A DNA stretch of 41,696 nucleotides. Source: an uncultured Rhodospirillaceae bacterium (GTDB lineage Bacteria; Pseudomonadota; Alphaproteobacteria; Rhodospirillales; UBA2165). This document shows, one piece after another, positions 38,303-41,696 of this stretch. The stretch's first letter is position 1; the number at the start of each line of letters is the position of its first letter. The position numbers and the translations under genes were made by a program. Location: positions 22,742 to 64,437 of the forward strand of contig CAZXGI010000008.1 in NCBI GenBank assembly GCA_964639965.1, given 5' to 3'. Below the pieces are notes generated by a model. The model had not been told where the DNA came from. It saw only the letters and a program-made list of their open reading frames with translations, and made no database searches.

Positions 38303-38877
38303 GTTCTTCACTTATACACAATTATTCAATGAACTAAGAATTATACTTTTTTTTTCGTTAGGGCTAGAACGAATTATAGTGACTTCAATTTAATCAAAAA
38401 AAATTTGAAAATTATTGATCAATTGCATGTTAGATCAAATATTAATTTGCATAAAAACTTACGTTTTATGGAAAAAATTCTGAGTTAAGACCGCCTATTT
38501 TTCTATCTACGAAAATGAAATTTTTAACTTTCTAACTCTAAAAAAACTCGCCACTATCAATCTTTTTTTATTGATCATATTTCTATATAGTTGCTTGCAA
38601 ATTGATGATAGACTAGTTGCAAAAATACAACAAAATCTAATAACAAAATAAAAAACAAAAAAAAACCCAACATTTTAATCGAACGAGCCCAATTTGGTCT
38701 TTCCTTGTGGATTTAAATTAAAGTAGAATTGGGTAATATTATATTAATTCATTTGGAAGATTATCCACCAAGATAAAGCATGTTTGAAAAGAAAAATTCG
38801 CGAAGATAGTGATAGTAACTGGCTGTCAAAGAGAATGGATTAGTTTAGTAGGATAGCTTAAAAGGATAGATAATACA

Positions 38878-39702
38878 TTGCGTGGAAATCATTTCTCCTT
38901 AAAAAGATTTATGGCATTCTTGCTCGTAATTTTGACCGTGGTTAATTGCGCGTCGGCGCCCGATAATGACAAAGAAGCCCTTACAGAATTAAAAAAAATC
39001 AATGACCCCATAGAACCAACCAATAGGTGGATTTTTAAATTCAATCAAGGCATAGATGCGGTTATTGTTAAGCCAGTTACCGGTGTATATCGAGGAGTTC
39101 TTCCTGATCTAGTTCGCAATAGCATTCATAATTTTTTGAATAACATCAAAACACCAGTTGTATTGGCAAATGATGTCTTGCAAGGCGAAGGAGAGCGCGC
39201 CGGTAATACAATAATGCGCTTTATTATCAATTCAAGCGCAGGTATCGCTGGCTTACGTGACCAAGCCACCGGCTGGGGTTTTGAAGATCATGATGAAGAT
39301 TTTGGTCAAACATTAGCTGTTTGGGGTGTGGGAGAGGGCCCATATCTAATGTTGCCAATATTTGGCCCTTCAAATCCTAGAGATGCAGTGGGTAAACTTA
39401 TAGACAATTTACTAGATCCCATAAACCTATGGGCAGATAATAGCGACAAAGAATGGGTTTCAATAACTCGTACCGCTGTCAGCGGCCTTGATAAACGGGA
39501 CCGACTATGGGATATACTAGATGATTTGGAAAAGTCGTCGATTGATTACTATGCAGCTATACGTAGTCTTTATCGCCAACGTAGAAACGAAGATATTTCA
39601 AATGGTTCAGGCTCCAAGAACAATAAAACTCCAAGTCTCGCAGAAACAGTTGCTAAGAAAGATCCTCTTAAAGGGACGCAAAATAGTACGGTCGGACCAT
39701 AA
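38878..39702 (+). CDS. mlaA: MlaA/VacJ lipoprotein
   Basis: Lipobox-like VVNC, DPIEPTNR, EDFGQTLAVWG, GPYLMLPIFGPSNPRD. Confidence 0.94.
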   Translation: MRGNHFSLKRFMAFLLVILTVVNCASAPDNDKEALTELKKINDPIEPTNRWIFKFNQGIDAVIVKPVTGVYRGVLPDLVRNSIHNFLNNIKTPVVLANDVLQGEGERAGNTIMRFIINSSAGIAGLRDQATGWGFEDHDEDFGQTLAVWGVGEGPYLMLPIFGPSNPRDAVGKLIDNLLDPINLWADNSDKEWVSITRTAVSGLDKRDRLWDILDDLEKSSIDYYAAIRSLYRQRRNEDISNGSGSKNNKTPSLAETVAKKDPLKGTQNSTVGP

Positions 39703-39705
39703 AAA

Positions 39706-40338
39706 ATGATCCAATTTCGCTGTGGCTTAATTGCCACCTTTTTTACCATAAGCTTAATTCTTAGTGCCAGCATAACGCAGGTCCGCGCTGCAGAATATGC
39801 CACTGGGGCCGAGAAATTTATCAGTTCACTTGCCTCTAAGGCAGAGGTATCCCTTCTTTCGGAGAAAATTTCCGCTGCTGAGCATCAAAGACGTTTCCGT
39901 GAATTAATGCTGGATAGCTTTGACCTTAAGGGTGTTGGAAAATGGGTGATTGGTCGATACTGGCGCCGCATCTCAAAATCTGAGCGTACCAAATATCTGT
40001 CTTTATTTGAAGAATTTATAGTAGCAACTTATAGTAAACGTTTTAGAGGTTATACAAAAGCTAAGCTGCAGATTAATGGAACAACTCAGCACAAAAGCTC
40101 TGTCTTTGTTAACTCCCAGATTAACCGGGAAGGATCCAAACCGATCCGGGTAGTTTGGAGGGTCAAGGTTTTAAATGGCAAACACAAAATTATAGATATT
40201 ATCATTGAGGGCGTGAGCTGGATCCAAACTCAACGCTCGGAATTTGTTTCAGTTATTCGAAACAGTGGCGGAAAAGTTTCCGGCCTAATGAAAGCCCTTA
40301 GAAAAAAAATCGTATACCTCACAAACTCCGAGGATTGA
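39706..40338 (+). CDS. mlaC: Phospholipid-binding protein MlaC/Ttg2D
   Basis: Signal peptide, IGRYWR, IIDIIIEGVSWIQTQRSEF; follows mlaA. Confidence 0.92.
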   Translation: MIQFRCGLIATFFTISLILSASITQVRAAEYATGAEKFISSLASKAEVSLLSEKISAAEHQRRFRELMLDSFDLKGVGKWVIGRYWRRISKSERTKYLSLFEEFIVATYSKRFRGYTKAKLQINGTTQHKSSVFVNSQINREGSKPIRVVWRVKVLNGKHKIIDIIIEGVSWIQTQRSEFVSVIRNSGGKVSGLMKALRKKIVYLTNSED

Positions 40339-40348
40339 CTGGATTAAG

Positions 40349-41696
40349 CTAATCGATAACAAGGGGCCGATATTTAATGCGATGAGGTTGATCAGCTAAA
40401 GCCCCCAGACGACTTTGCCTATCTGCTTCATAATCACCATAGTTTCCTTCAAACCAAACCACCTGACTGTCTCCCTCAAAGGCTATAATGTGAGTAGCTA
40501 TTCGATCAAGAAACCATCTATCATGACTTGTAATTAAAATACAACCTGGAAAAGCAAGGAGTGCTTCCTCCAATGCACGAAGCGTGTCAACATCCAAATC
40601 ATTTGTAGGCTCATCGAGCAAAATAACATTTGCACCAGATTTCATAACCTTTGCCAAATGAACCCGATTGCGCTCCCCTCCTGATAACTGACCAACCTTC
40701 TTCTGCTGATCTGGTCCCTTGAAATTAAACTGTGAAACGTAAGCCCTACTCTGCATGGTACGGTGCCCAAGTTCGACCTCATCCAATCCTTCCGATATCT
40801 CTTCCCAAACAGTTTGGTCATCAGCAAGCTGTTCACGCGACTGGTCAACATAACCTAACTTAACGGTATCCCCAAAACGGATAGATCCTGAATTACTTTC
40901 TTCACCCCCAGAAATCATATTAAAAAGTGTCGTTTTTCCTGCACCATTTGCGCCAATTATACCAACAATTGCTCCCGGTGGTATTTTAAAACTCAAACCC
41001 TCAAATAACAGGTGCTCATCAAAACCTTTGGATAGACCGTCAGCCTCAATAACTAAATCTCCGAGGCGGGGTCCCTGAGGAATAATGATTTGAGCTGTGT
41101 CAGGTGTCTTATTATCCGCCTCGGCCTTCAATTTCTCATAAGCGGTAATTCGAGCCTTACTCTTAGCCTGGCGTGCCCGCGGTGACTGTCTAATCCATTC
41201 CAATTCATTGGCAAGTGTCTTCTGGCGCGCCTGATCTTGCTTCTCATCTTGTGCAAGGCGTTTCTGTTTCTGGTCTAGCCATGAAGTATAATTACCTTCA
41301 TACGGGATTCCTCGACCACGGTCGAGTTCTAAGATCCAACCTGCTACATTATCCAAAAAATATCGGTCATGGGTAATCGCAATAACACATCCTGAATATT
41401 CTTGAAGATGCAACTCCAGCCAGGCAACGGACTCCGCATCCAAATGGTTTGTGGGCTCATCAAGCAACAACAAGTCTGGTTTCTGTAACAGTAAGCGACA
41501 AAGCGCCACCCGCCGTTTTTCGCCACCTGAAAGCTTGGTTACATCTGCATCACCGGGAGGGCAACGTAATGCATCCATCGCGATTTCAACGGTACGCTCG
41601 ATTTCCCAGCCATTAACGGCGTCAATCTTCTCCTGTAAATTTCCCTGCTCCTCCAGTAGGGCATTCATTTCTTCATCACTCATAGGTTCAGCGAAT
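40349..41696 (-). CDS. ettA: Energy-dependent translational throttle protein (ABC-F), 5' end outside the window
   Basis: [53 protein letters not shown]. Confidence 0.96.
   Translation of the reverse strand, partial: FAEPMSDEEMNALLEEQGNLQEKIDAVNGWEIERTVEIAMDALRCPPGDADVTKLSGGEKRRVALCRLLLQKPDLLLLDEPTNHLDAESVAWLELHLQEYSGCVIAITHDRYFLDNVAGWILELDRGRGIPYEGNYTSWLDQKQKRLAQDEKQDQARQKTLANELEWIRQSPRARQAKSKARITAYEKLKAEADNKTPDTAQIIIPQGPRLGDLVIEADGLSKGFDEHLLFEGLSFKIPPGAIVGIIGANGAGKTTLFNMISGGEESNSGSIRFGDTVKLGYVDQSREQLADDQTVWEEISEGLDEVELGHRTMQSRAYVSQFNFKGPDQQKKVGQLSGGERNRVHLAKVMKSGANVILLDEPTNDLDVDTLRALEEALLAFPGCILITSHDRWFLDRIATHIIAFEGDSQVVWFEGNYGDYEADRQSRLGALADQPHRIKYRPLVID

Noticed and set aside
1582-41526. 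Numerous antisense or alternate-frame ORFs in the track (e.g. 9332..9760, 15026..15526, 21053..21508, 22215..22631, 26460..26816)
   Set aside because: They overlap well-supported genes almost entirely, lack recognisable motifs, and read as shadow frames.

Overview
AT-rich (roughly 40% GC by eye) alphaproteobacterial chromosome segment, Rhodospirillales-like by gene order and protein style (inference). It is mostly core genes: rpsP and ffh, divergent from dapF-alkB-mtaB-ftsY; a small hypothetical gene divergent from a degenerate chemoreceptor-like gene; pgk and acnA; a coxMNOPQ-type heme-copper oxidase operon followed by two small membrane ORFs; a complete ccmABCDEFGHI operon; a TRAP transporter; pterin carbinolamine dehydratase; PcaF-type thiolase; 2-hydroxyacid dehydrogenase; FprA-type ferredoxin reductase; prmA; uvrD; a ClC-CBS protein; mlaA-mlaC; and partial ettA. 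I found no rRNA, tRNA, CRISPR array, transposase, integrase or phage gene. The points most worth following up are: (1) a single in-frame TAA in the essential ffh gene, most likely a base-call error; (2) a divergent AlkB-family di-iron enzyme inserted into the dapF-mtaB-ftsY housekeeping cluster and abutting mtaB; (3) a chemoreceptor-like protein whose conserved CheA/CheW-binding tip is replaced; (4) an oxidase operon plus an unannotated 33-aa membrane peptide between acnA and ccmA; (5) a structured ffh leader ending in a U-tract. I cannot claim a definitively novel system from sequence alone.
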